Virus record (IMG/VR): IMGVR_UViG_2910942425_000008
Coordinates: 12,672-76,671 of that record
Strand: one strand, 5' to 3'
Source: a virus
Lineage: Duplodnaviria > Caudoviricetes
Length of the DNA stretch: 64,000 nucleotides
The notes beneath the pieces were generated by a model. The model saw only the letters and a list, made by a program, of their open reading frames with translations. It was not told the origin of the DNA and searched no databases. Shown one piece after another: positions 9,763 to 18,420 of the stretch. How positions within the stretch are numbered: position 1 is the stretch's first letter; each line of letters opens with the position of its first letter. The translations under genes and the position numbers were made by a program.

Positions 9763-9861
9763 TTTTAATGCAATCTTATTTGTTAAAGTTACCACTAATA
9801 AACACTATCTCTTAAAAATACGAATTATTGAGGCAAACCGTTTGCAAAGTGTTCGTAAAAT

Positions 9862-9891
9862 AAAGACACCCATAAAAAAATGAGTGTCTTT
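9862..9891 (-). terminator. Probable terminator after the antirepressor
   Basis: AAAGACAC/GTGTCTTT 8-bp stem. Confidence 0.45.
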
Positions 9892-9905
9892 TGAGTGACA
9901 AAACG

Positions 9906-10622
9906 CTATACTTCTATAGCTAGAAACTTGTTAATAAAATATATTTGACCTTTGCCAGTTACTTTTGTCGTTTTGTTGATTGTTGTATGATCTGAATGGG
10001 TAACAACGGTTTCTTTGATTTCGAACAGACCTAAATCCATAGCTCTTTGAGTGGGCGCGTTATAGTCTGTGCCTTTGCGACTGATAAGGTAATTGTTTTG
10101 CCTTAACCATTCGAAAAGACGGTTTTGACCGATTTCGACACCATTCTGTTTTAATATTTTAGCAAGCTCACCTATAAGGATAGATGTTTTTGCAGCACTT
10201 ACAGCATTTGTAAATAATACTTTCGGGGCATTCTCTTTGGCTTCTATTTTCAGCCGTTCGTTTTCTTCTGCTTTATCGGCTAACTCTCGCAAAGCTTCTG
10301 AATAACTTTGTGGCAAAGCAATCTTTTGAGCTTTTAGTTCCAATTCTTCCCAACGGAGGATAAGTTTCGCTCTCGCTTCATCATTGAATTTTGTTGCGAC
10401 ATAGAGGCTTTCTGTTTTTGAAAGTTCGTACATAGGTAATTTTCTGCCTGTTGAATCTTTATAATCACTGACGTTAAATTTGACGCCAGTAATTCTAGCC
10501 CAGGCATCTTCCATGTTCCTGATCGCCTTTAACACATTATCATGTGTTTTACCTGTAATCTCTGCAATTTCTCTACTAGAGATTGTTTTCTGATTAAATT
10601 TTTCTAATTTTGTTGCTGTCAT
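9906..10622 (-). CDS. Rha-domain plus KilA-C (ANT) antirepressor
   Basis: ISSREIAEITGKTHDNVLKAIR; IGELAKIL...GQNRLFEWLR...TKVTGKGQIYF. Confidence 0.9.
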   Translation of the reverse strand: MTATKLEKFNQKTISSREIAEITGKTHDNVLKAIRNMEDAWARITGVKFNVSDYKDSTGRKLPMYELSKTESLYVATKFNDEARAKLILRWEELELKAQKIALPQSYSEALRELADKAEENERLKIEAKENAPKVLFTNAVSAAKTSILIGELAKILKQNGVEIGQNRLFEWLRQNNYLISRKGTDYNAPTQRAMDLGLFEIKETVVTHSDHTTINKTTKVTGKGQIYFINKFLAIEV

Positions 10623-10743
10623 AAGATTTGATTATTTAATGTTTATGATAACAAAGAGGTTATCGCACCGGCCAAAGTTTGATTGACCTCTTTGTTTTTA
10701 TTACTACTCTCTTTCATTTTCATATATCATTTTATTAAAAGAA

Positions 10744-10836
10744 AAGTCATCAATCAAAAAGTTGCATGTTGTGGCAGTCTGCAACTAATCAATTAATGAC
10801 TTCTTATATTTTTATCAACGACTGCCACGAAGTTGA
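10744..10836 (-). ncRNA. Candidate structured leader RNA of the antirepressor
   Basis: Two hairpins whose loops carry complementary 9-mers (10771-10779 and 10820-10828). Confidence 0.5.
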
Positions 10837-10968
10837 ATTATTTTGCAATATTAAGAATAAAATTTATCAAAAACAAACTTAATTGTCTGATTATTAATGT
10901 ATTGTATTGTTGTAACGCTACAATATATACGGTGTAACTGATTGATTTTTATGGGGTGGCTTTAAGCA

Positions 10969-11220
10969 TTATAAATAAGTCTCTGAAACATCCTCTCTGA
11001 CAAGTTCGCTTATTGCCGAACTAATATCACAGATAGTTGATGTGCAATCTGATTCAGCATCGGTTACCGAGTTTCTGTACCCTACTAATTCGCAACCCTC
11101 TTTATAATCTGGCACATTTGCTAATATGATTTCTTTCGCAGCATTCAAAAGTTTTAAGGCTTCTGTAAAAGCGTCTATTCTTTTTTGGTATCTTGAACCT
11201 TTGATTTCTATTGTTGCCAT
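10969..11220 (-). CDS. Hypothetical protein
   Basis: 83 aa ORF. Confidence 0.65.
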   Translation of the reverse strand: MATIEIKGSRYQKRIDAFTEALKLLNAAKEIILANVPDYKEGCELVGYRNSVTDAESDCTSTICDISSAISELVREDVSETYL

Positions 11221-11231
11221 GATGGTAGGTA

Positions 11232-11483
11232 TTAAAATATTTCTTCTATTCTATTTCTCACCTTTTTGTAATAACCTTTTTCGAGCATACTGACTTCCGT
11301 GTGGCAATTTATATCTGTTAGCCGGTATTCTATCAGAGCGCATTTGTAGGGGTCGATATCTCTTGCTTTTTCATGTTCGCTTACAAGCTTCATGATGCCA
11401 TCATAATCTATACCCCAACGGTTCTTTGCATTTAAGGCTCTCATTTTGTCCATATCGGACTCTTTTAATTTAATTGTACTCAT
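11232..11483 (-). CDS. Hypothetical protein
   Basis: 83 aa ORF. Confidence 0.65.
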   Translation of the reverse strand: MSTIKLKESDMDKMRALNAKNRWGIDYDGIMKLVSEHEKARDIDPYKCALIEYRLTDINCHTEVSMLEKGYYKKVRNRIEEIF

Positions 11484-11535
11484 AATCGTTGATATTTATA
11501 TTATTTATATTTATTCTCTGTTTTTGGGGGGTAAA

Positions 11536-11763
11536 TTAATCACCTGAATATGCACCATTAGCATAATAACTGTCTATCTGGTATTGGCTCATTACTGTAG
11601 GGCTTGATACTCTCTGAGGCTTTAATACTTCGATAACCATATAGAACTTATCCCTGCGAGCTTTAGACCACGCCAGTGTCAAAGCCTGTGACATTGTGAA
11701 GCCTTCATGTTTTCTCAGGTGGTGAGCAAGGCGCATGATTTTGGATTTGTTGTAACGTATCAT
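11536..11763 (-). CDS. Hypothetical protein with xMSxALxxAW helix
   Basis: MIRYNKSKIMRLAHH...FTMSQALTLAW; TACTTTTG promoter element at 11794-11801 supports start 11763. Confidence 0.7.
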   Translation of the reverse strand: MIRYNKSKIMRLAHHLRKHEGFTMSQALTLAWSKARRDKFYMVIEVLKPQRVSSPTVMSQYQIDSYYANGAYSGD

Positions 11764-11919
11764 AATTGTAGCGTTTAAATTACTTTCTTGATTCAAAAGT
11801 AATATATAAATTACACAGAACAATAGGTAATAGAAACTTTAACATTACTTTAATATTTACATAGTAGTTTATATATTACAATTGCTTATTTTTGCATGTA
11901 ACTTATAAATTACTATAAT

Positions 11920-12201
11920 ATGTCATTGAGAATAAAAGAGGTTTTAAAAGAGAAAGGATATACTATACAATCATTATCAGAAGTGATGGGAGTAAATAGA
12001 GTGTCTCTTACGAATAGTATTAATGGTAATCCAACTGTTGAAACTTTAGAGAAAATAGCATCAACAATAGGAGTAGATATTTCAGAACTATTTATTAGTG
12101 ATGGGATAATGGGTATAATAAGGGCGAAAGGAATTACTTACGAAATAAATTCCATTGAGGATTTGAAAAAAATTTTGGCTGAAATAGAAAGTGTTAAATA
12201 A
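11920..12201 (+). CDS. Cro/C1-type HTH regulator
   Basis: LRIKEVLKEKGYTIQSLSE...GNPTVETLEKIASTIGV; TATTTTTG promoter element at 11887-11894. Confidence 0.9.
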   Translation: MSLRIKEVLKEKGYTIQSLSEVMGVNRVSLTNSINGNPTVETLEKIASTIGVDISELFISDGIMGIIRAKGITYEINSIEDLKKILAEIESVK

Positions 12202-12237
12202 TTTTATAGCTTTGTATCATAATCTAAAATTTATGAT

Positions 12238-12822
12238 ATGAAGAAATTATTATTAGTTCTGCCTTTAATATCTTTTTTCATCAGTGGATGTTCTACTTCC
12301 AATAAGAATCAATCAGATGTACTAACACATAAAGCCGATTCACTTCATAATGTAATTCAGGAGATAACAAAAAACGAGGACAACTACATAGAAATCCCAT
12401 TTTCTAAACTTATCTCATTATTCAATTCTGATTCATTGCATTTTGATAAATCTATAAAAGATATTGGCTTTAATCGAAACGAAAATTCTATACTATATTT
12501 CAAAGATGGGTTTAGAGTTGACACTAAGGGTATAGGGATAGGTCATTTCATGTTTCATAATATACCTATGATTTTTAGAACGTACGATGTAGATTGGCTT
12601 ACATATACCTTCCCTATCAATCGTCTTTCATATTATAAAACTTCAATTTTAGAGAAAGGCGAATTCACAAAATTATATGAACAAGAAGTCGTTTTTATAG
12701 ATAAATACAATATTAATTTTGTTCGTGAAGTTTATGTTGACCGCATAAGCAAATTAGAGTATGAAGTTTCATATTATAAAGATTATGGTAAAATAAGGAT
12801 ATCAACAAGAAATTATTGGTAA
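12238..12822 (+). CDS. Lipoprotein (moron-like)
   Basis: MKK-hydrophobic-ISGC lipobox. Confidence 0.8.
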   Translation: MKKLLLVLPLISFFISGCSTSNKNQSDVLTHKADSLHNVIQEITKNEDNYIEIPFSKLISLFNSDSLHFDKSIKDIGFNRNENSILYFKDGFRVDTKGIGIGHFMFHNIPMIFRTYDVDWLTYTFPINRLSYYKTSILEKGEFTKLYEQEVVFIDKYNINFVREVYVDRISKLEYEVSYYKDYGKIRISTRNYW

Positions 12823-12836
12823 CTCTTAATCTTTAT

Positions 12837-12938
12837 GTTGTGATAATCTTTCAAATAAAGAGGATATACACCCAGCGCAGGGATTTTCCGGAGTAATCAA
12901 AAGTTGTGATAATCTTTCAAATAAAGAGGATATACACC
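12837..12938. CRISPR. CRISPR mini-array: two identical 36-bp repeats and one 30-bp spacer, no cas genes
   Basis: GTTGTGATAATCTTTCAAATAAAGAGGATATACACC at 12837-12872 and 12903-12938; spacer CAGCGCAGGGATTTTCCGGAGTAATCAAAA. Confidence 0.85.
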
Positions 12939-12949
12939 ATATCCTCTAT

Positions 12950-13369
12950 TTATTTCAACCCCTCCATTTCGACCTTAAATTGCATCTCGGCTAACACAAC
13001 ATCACAATTTCCCCTAAATTTAGTGTACTTTTCGTAATAGAAAGTAAGATTCTTCATTAGGTTACTGATATGCGAGGGCGAAAGTCCGAATAATATAGCT
13101 AACGATTGACGTAAACCCCTTATGAGAAAGTCATCCGCTAAAGCACGAGGACAATAAAGTATCAATATGCAATATAAAAACACTTGCCTATATTCGGTGT
13201 TGTCTTTCCCCGGAAAATCCTGTATTTCGTTCGCTATAACTTCGAACCAATTATACAGCAAAGGAATATGTTGCAGATCTGTTAATTGAGGCTTTAGTAT
13301 CTTTGATTCCAGAATCTCAATTCTTTGTCTTAATTCTGATAATTCTTGTAAGTTTTTTATTGTTTCCAT
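12950..13369 (-). CDS. Conserved Bacteroidales phage protein (possible late regulator)
   Basis: LYCILILYCPRAL...LRQSLAILFG...ISN pattern; sits at the end of the early operon. Confidence 0.7.
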   Translation of the reverse strand: METIKNLQELSELRQRIEILESKILKPQLTDLQHIPLLYNWFEVIANEIQDFPGKDNTEYRQVFLYCILILYCPRALADDFLIRGLRQSLAILFGLSPSHISNLMKNLTFYYEKYTKFRGNCDVVLAEMQFKVEMEGLK

Positions 13370-13475
13370 ACTCTGAAATATAAATTAATGTTTAACTTTG
13401 TATTACAGAGTTCTTTTTATAAAATTAGACGTTTAAAGGGGCAGCCTTAGTCGTGTGGGGTTGCCTTTTTTTATG

Positions 13476-13500
13476 AAAAAAGCCTCCGGGATTGGAGGCT
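13476..13500 (-). terminator. Intrinsic terminator of the early operon
   Basis: AGCCTCC/GGAGGCT stem, U-tract on minus strand. Confidence 0.65.
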
Positions 13501-13531
13501 AAAATGTTCGGCGTTTTTTTTAAATGGTAAA

Positions 13532-14179
13532 TTATCCCGTTTTTTTAGATAATAGAGCTATATGAATATCAGAGTCCAAAACTAAACCTCCATTAAGGAC
13601 ATGTTCTATTAATCCATCCGGCAATGCCCTTGTTTGCTCAAGCGTTGGTCTTTTCCATTTATATACACGAACATAGTCCGGTATATTCTTATACGATTTT
13701 GTATGTTGCATAAAAGCTCCGCAATCGCATTTTATCATAAAAGGAGTAACCCCTTTGTCTTCGTATAATGTAACTTTATGCCTGTTACATTTTTCACATT
13801 CGTATAAATCATATATTCCGCGCCCGTCATATATATTAGCATCTTCAATGGTTGATGCCATTTCAATATATCTTTCTGTTATTGTTTCTTTATTCATGGA
13901 ACTTTCTTTTTTAAATGGTAAATCACTCTTTTCTATATACTTTAACCGGAAATAATCAATGAGAGTCCTAATCTTAAAGCATATCCCTTTCACAAAGCAG
14001 TAAGGTTGTAACAGTAAGCCCCCTCTACGCCAAATCATATCAGGTTTGAATCCCAGGCTTTCAGCGCCGGAATAATGGTAATACTCGTGGCTCTGACATC
14101 TTTTGCATATCAAATACCCCGAATCGTTATAGTCTTTGCCGGTCTTATGACCAAATAGTGTACATAGTATATTTCTCAT
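13532..14179 (-). CDS. Hypothetical Cys-rich protein, probably two fused small genes
   Basis: LCTLFGHK N-terminal module ending LPF, then a second Met (MNKETIT) with CEKC/CDC motifs. Confidence 0.65.
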   Translation of the reverse strand: MRNILCTLFGHKTGKDYNDSGYLICKRCQSHEYYHYSGAESLGFKPDMIWRRGGLLLQPYCFVKGICFKIRTLIDYFRLKYIEKSDLPFKKESSMNKETITERYIEMASTIEDANIYDGRGIYDLYECEKCNRHKVTLYEDKGVTPFMIKCDCGAFMQHTKSYKNIPDYVRVYKWKRPTLEQTRALPDGLIEHVLNGGLVLDSDIHIALLSKKTG

Positions 14180-14194
14180 TATTATGATATTTTA

Positions 14195-14413
14195 TTACCA
14201 ATATTCTTTTACCTGACCTCTCATCCACGAATTGTAAGGATGATAAGATTTAGGAAATTTCCTATCCATTTTGTCCCAATTATCCTCGAAACTTAATTCG
14301 TTCACATAGATTATCCCTGAGTATTGAGTCCTGCCAATAGCTTTTATACAGGCTTTTTTTCTTTTTCTAGGTAGCTTGACCTTCTTTGTTTTTATAATGG
14401 TTCTTTCAATCAT
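14195..14413 (-). CDS. Hypothetical protein
   Basis: 72 aa basic ORF coupled to its neighbours. Confidence 0.6.
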   Translation of the reverse strand: MIERTIIKTKKVKLPRKRKKACIKAIGRTQYSGIIYVNELSFEDNWDKMDRKFPKSYHPYNSWMRGQVKEYW

Positions 14414-15086
14414 GTTTCTCTGGTTTATCAGTCAATTCATAATCATATACCCATACATAAGGGTTGCTCTCCCAAGTGCCTTTACCGTTTATTCTGTTAA
14501 TGAGAGCTGCGTAAGCATCTCGGGGCGAATCATACAATGTTCTTGTTTTCTCCCAAATTCCATCTAATTTACTCTTTCCCCATACATCATTGACATAATG
14601 GCGGTTATCATATTTACTAACTTCGATACCCTCTTTGATACAATCTTCATCCGATATATCTTGCAACCGCTCGGCTCTGAGGTCTGTAACCTTTATAAAG
14701 TGTCGGGCAGCAGAAGCAGGCATAAAGAGTTTGTTTTGCCATTTTACCAAATCTCCATATACAGAATCTAAAATACTTGTATCATTTCCATACTGATACA
14801 ATATTTTTCCTCCCTTGTATGTTAGAGTTTCATGTATGGGAAAAACGGTAAAGAACATATCGCTATCATCAATATATGGCTCTTTGAGATACAGCACCTC
14901 TCCAACATTATAACGAGGTCTTATTATCTTCTCTTTACCGTATACATCTACGCCTGCTACTGATATAGCCTTATCATATATTCTTATGTTGAATAACCCC
15001 TTTGTGCCAATTATCCGTCTTGTTTGGGTTTTTATTCCTTTCACCGTTTTTTCGTGCAACGGTGGTATAAAGCAAATTCCTTTCAT
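14406..15086 (-). CDS. ASCH-like conserved phage protein
   Basis: KTQTRRII...LFMPASAARHFIKVTDLRAERLQDIS...NPYVWVYDYEL. Confidence 0.75.
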   Translation of the reverse strand: MKGICFIPPLHEKTVKGIKTQTRRIIGTKGLFNIRIYDKAISVAGVDVYGKEKIIRPRYNVGEVLYLKEPYIDDSDMFFTVFPIHETLTYKGGKILYQYGNDTSILDSVYGDLVKWQNKLFMPASAARHFIKVTDLRAERLQDISDEDCIKEGIEVSKYDNRHYVNDVWGKSKLDGIWEKTRTLYDSPRDAYAALINRINGKGTWESNPYVWVYDYELTDKPEKHD

Positions 15087-15388
15087 GATTGATTCCTCCT
15101 TTTTCTGATTGTTTTTACATATACAACTTCCATTTCTGGATTATCCTCTGAATATTTATATAGTTCATTGTAGGCTTCTATTAGAGAGTCTATATCTTTA
15201 AATTCCCTATCATCGTTATCGATATAATATGTTGTACTTGGCTTGCCAAAGCTGAATCCATCTGATAGTCTTGGAGTAACTGTTTCGGCAGAAATTTTAT
15301 TGACATCATCTCTGTATTGTGATATATGACCATCGGATAGACCTATGCTATGTATAAATTTTAGATGTATATCCATTCTGGTTATCAT
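15083..15388 (-). CDS. Hypothetical protein
   Basis: 101 aa, ATGA coupling. Confidence 0.7.
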   Translation of the reverse strand: MITRMDIHLKFIHSIGLSDGHISQYRDDVNKISAETVTPRLSDGFSFGKPSTTYYIDNDDREFKDIDSLIEAYNELYKYSEDNPEMEVVYVKTIRKRRNQS

Positions 15389-15756
15389 ATCTTCTCTATT
15401 AAATAGGTTAATACTGCATCAAGTAAATCGGATTCGGCTTGATGGTAAGTGTTTCCATAAATATCCTCACAAACGAAATATGGATTGTCGGTAAAAAAAT
15501 GGCCATGATAATAGATTTCGTTATCTACATCGTATCCGCAACCAACACCGCAATAAATACCCTTGTTATCTCTTATCCATTGCAGAGCCTCGGAGGCAGA
15601 AGGTGCGGAAATACAATCTTCATCGTTTTGATTATTCCAGTCGAACCTTCCGTAGTTTTCTTCCATATCTCCATCCATCCAATATATATCGCTTGTCTCT
15701 CTGTCAAAACCCAATTTTTTCAGCTTCTTTGCTTGCTCAAATGTTACTATATTCAT
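15385..15756 (-). CDS. Conserved hypothetical phage protein
   Basis: VTFEQAKKLKKLGFD...SAPS..ALQWIR. Confidence 0.75.
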   Translation of the reverse strand: MNIVTFEQAKKLKKLGFDRETSDIYWMDGDMEENYGRFDWNNQNDEDCISAPSASEALQWIRDNKGIYCGVGCGYDVDNEIYYHGHFFTDNPYFVCEDIYGNTYHQAESDLLDAVLTYLIEKI

Positions 15757-15759
15757 ATT

Positions 15760-15909
15760 TTAAAGTTCTTTTCCGTCAATTGGTAAATTTTCCATGCAGT
15801 AATCATCCCAGCATTGGTAACACATTGCGTAAGGCGTGTTATCAGGCACTTCGGTTGCGTCAAATTCCTTTCCGCAATCTTCACAAATGTTTGTTTCTGT
15901 TTCGTTCAT
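15760..15909 (-). CDS. Small Zn-finger-like protein (49 aa)
   Basis: MNETETNICEDCGKEF...MCYQCWD; two CxxC motifs; fills the operon gap. Confidence 0.6.
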   Translation of the reverse strand: MNETETNICEDCGKEFDATEVPDNTPYAMCYQCWDDYCMENLPIDGKEL

Positions 15910-15920
15910 GATGTGTAGTA

Positions 15921-16166
15921 TCAGTTTCTGAATGCTTTAATAAAATCTTCTAATTCTTCATCGCATGAAAAGCAAATAGGTATAGGGCTTGCATCTGTAA
16001 AGGGTTCTACTTGAAAATCCCAAAAAGCATCCATGTGTAATATTGATTTATCATTTAGTTTTAGTTCGTTCCATCTTTCGTATGGGTGATTTCCCCCATT
16101 GTCTGTTTCAATAAAACCTAATCCCCATAGGTATTCATATTCTGGTCTATAATCTTGATATGCCAT
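15921..16166 (-). CDS. Hypothetical protein
   Basis: 81 aa ORF. Confidence 0.65.
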   Translation of the reverse strand: MAYQDYRPEYEYLWGLGFIETDNGGNHPYERWNELKLNDKSILHMDAFWDFQVEPFTDASPIPICFSCDEELEDFIKAFRN

Positions 16167-16173
16167 AGTTTTT

Positions 16174-16731
16174 TTACTTTAAAGTGTTGATATCAATTGC
16201 TAAATCTCGCTCTATTAGTCCGTTTACATCGAAATGCCATTCATAGAGCTTTTGGAACAATTCTGTTTGATTAAATACAGCTCCCGGCCTATCATCATAG
16301 GCTTGTATCTTCTTGCTATTTTGCGAAGAGAAAAAAAGCGACATTGCCATAAATCCTTTGTGGCTAATATCATACATGAATGAATATTGCTTAGCCTTTA
16401 TGTTATTGATGGCATAGCATCTCCCGTCTTCCAGAATGGCGTCATACTCAGCTTTCCTGTAGCATATTTTTGCCAGCTCCACTATAGGAATCTTCCCATC
16501 TTCTAAGCAAGACTCGTATAGGTCGGACATCGGACGAAGAATAGGACGTAGTTCTTGAATACCCAACAGAAAATATCCGACTTCTTTATTTGTTATGGAA
16601 ATTTCTTCATTTTTATACCCATTACCATCCCAATAATCTACTTTCCCTATAAAATCTATCCCATTCTTCCTGGCTTTCAGTTCATACGGCAAATAACCGG
16701 CTATATCTTCTAATTGTAGTTGTTTTTCCAT
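16174..16731 (-). CDS. Conserved hypothetical phage protein
   Basis: GYLPYELK...PILRPMSDL...WHFDVNGLIE. Confidence 0.75.
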   Translation of the reverse strand: MEKQLQLEDIAGYLPYELKARKNGIDFIGKVDYWDGNGYKNEEISITNKEVGYFLLGIQELRPILRPMSDLYESCLEDGKIPIVELAKICYRKAEYDAILEDGRCYAINNIKAKQYSFMYDISHKGFMAMSLFFSSQNSKKIQAYDDRPGAVFNQTELFQKLYEWHFDVNGLIERDLAIDINTLK

Positions 16732-16751
16732 TGATTTTAATTTTTACTGGC

Positions 16752-17180
16752 TCACAGTTTCAACCATTCTTTGTTTTTTAAATCGTATTTGTCTGTCGGA
16801 GTACAAACCCATTGAGGATTTACAAACACATACTTTTCTACAATAGGGAGCAAGGCTTGAACAGCCTCTTTGGCAAATGTCTCTTTGTCTTTTCTTGAGA
16901 CATAACATTCAGATTCAAAGTCGCAACCCGATGAGAAGTCGTGCAATTGTTCTCCGATATAATCTTCAATATTATCTACTATTATATTTACAGATTTTTG
17001 CACATCGAAATGTCTGACCGAGCCAATAGATATAATAGGCGAAGATTCATCTTTATCCTCAAACTCTTCATACCCTTCGTCATACTTATGTTGAGCATCT
17101 TTAATAGCTTCCTCGATGCTATCGAATAAATCGGTGCAATTCCCATTTTCAGGGAACCATGAATACTTGTTTTCTTCCAT
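16752..17180 (-). CDS. Hypothetical protein
   Basis: 142 aa acidic ORF (FDSIEEAIKDA). Confidence 0.7.
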   Translation of the reverse strand: MEENKYSWFPENGNCTDLFDSIEEAIKDAQHKYDEGYEEFEDKDESSPIISIGSVRHFDVQKSVNIIVDNIEDYIGEQLHDFSSGCDFESECYVSRKDKETFAKEAVQALLPIVEKYVFVNPQWVCTPTDKYDLKNKEWLKL

Positions 17181-17292
17181 TGCTTTCTTTTTTTATTGTT
17201 ATTAATATCATTGGCACAAGGCATACATAGATAATCCATTTATTTGAAACATATTACCTATCATTATTCCGTTTGGTTTTATCGTTCATAAT

Positions 17293-17490
17293 TTATTTAT
17301 GGTTTAAATATCGTTCATCCTTCAATATATCATTATCCGGGTCTAATATCGACACAAGTTCAAAGACAAGACCTTCGGTTATATTTGCTGCATATTGGTA
17401 ATTAATAGCATTGCCCAGCTTGATAATGATTTTTGCCCTTGTTTTAGATTCAATCTCATTCATTCGGAAAACATCTATAATACTTTTCAT
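17293..17490 (-). CDS. Hypothetical protein
   Basis: 65 aa ORF. Confidence 0.55.
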   Translation of the reverse strand: MKSIIDVFRMNEIESKTRAKIIIKLGNAINYQYAANITEGLVFELVSILDPDNDILKDERYLNHK

Positions 17491-17512
17491 AATACTTCTT
17501 TTAATATTATTT

Positions 17513-17842
17513 TTATACCTTCCCCAACGCTTTATCTATTGTTTCTCTAAATGTGGTTCTACTCGTAGCGTTCGCTAATGTATTGTACAGTCCTTCCAGA
17601 TCATCATTAACGAAACTTCTGTAAGCACTATCCAGTAGCTCTACGGCCTCTTGAAGTTCTGTTAACAATTCGGGGGCTGTAGCTATCAATTGTGCATTGG
17701 CTATTTGTTCCTCCATTCCGTGTTTTCCTTTCGATTCACATACAGAATAATAAGAATCGGCCGTTAATACTTGAAAGCCCATACCTGACCGATTCCATTT
17801 GAATGATCCGTCTTTACATTTTGTTCCTTTAAATTCTTTCAT
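17513..17842 (-). CDS. Hypothetical phage protein
   Basis: ANAQLIATAPELL motif common in phage early proteins. Confidence 0.75.
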   Translation of the reverse strand: MKEFKGTKCKDGSFKWNRSGMGFQVLTADSYYSVCESKGKHGMEEQIANAQLIATAPELLTELQEAVELLDSAYRSFVNDDLEGLYNTLANATSRTTFRETIDKALGKV

Positions 17843-17904
17843 TCTTATTTTGTATTTATGGCGAAATCGCCGTAATTAAAATATCGATGTTCTCTTTTTG
17901 TAAC

Positions 17905-18405
17905 TTAAATATTCATCCTATCCTCAATCAAATTATTTACTTCGTCCGCTATATCAGCCATCTCAATAGCAGCATCAATACCCGTTATTTTAGATACCTT
18001 TTCTGTAAACGAAAGAATGCTATCCCTTAGCTGCTGTAAGTCCTTTGTTACCTCTCCGAATAAGTCTAGCCCGTCCAGAACTTTCAAGCTGTTGATGCTA
18101 TCCTGAAAGCAGACAGACAGGATGTTTATAGCCTTCATGTCTCTTATCAGTTTTTCGCCCTGCTCTCTGGTTAGGTTTCTGAGTGGACTTGTGCTGTACA
18201 TCCAATTGTTGTATTCGGATTCCAGTACCTCGCACACCTCTTTTACCGATGCTCCGCTTTCCTCTATTTGCCTTCGGTAGATATTTGCCAAGGTTATCTT
18301 TCCGGTAGAATTATACCGGCTGGCAATCCGAGTCTTTATCATTCCGTTGGATTGGAATATGCGGATGGTATTTTCTATTTTATTGGGTTCAAATAATAGT
18401 TTCAT
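17905..18405 (-). CDS. Hypothetical protein
   Basis: 166 aa directly after dnaB. Confidence 0.7.
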   Translation of the reverse strand: MKLLFEPNKIENTIRIFQSNGMIKTRIASRYNSTGKITLANIYRRQIEESGASVKEVCEVLESEYNNWMYSTSPLRNLTREQGEKLIRDMKAINILSVCFQDSINSLKVLDGLDLFGEVTKDLQQLRDSILSFTEKVSKITGIDAAIEMADIADEVNNLIEDRMNI

Positions 18406-18420
18406 ATTGGTTGTTTTTTT

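Noticed and set aside
12771-12806. Possible degenerate third CRISPR repeat ending exactly 30 nt before repeat 1 (GGATATCAAC)
   Set aside because: Only about 14/36 ungapped identity, in AT-rich coding sequence of the lipoprotein; suggestive but not counted
13210-13220. 11-nt match between the spacer and the neighbouring gene
   Set aside because: About 17/30 overall and an 11-mer is expected by chance in 64 kb; no full protospacer found by eye
16988-17239. 83-aa minus-strand ORF overlapping 16752..17180
   Set aside because: Mostly an alternate frame of a better gene, with no motifs
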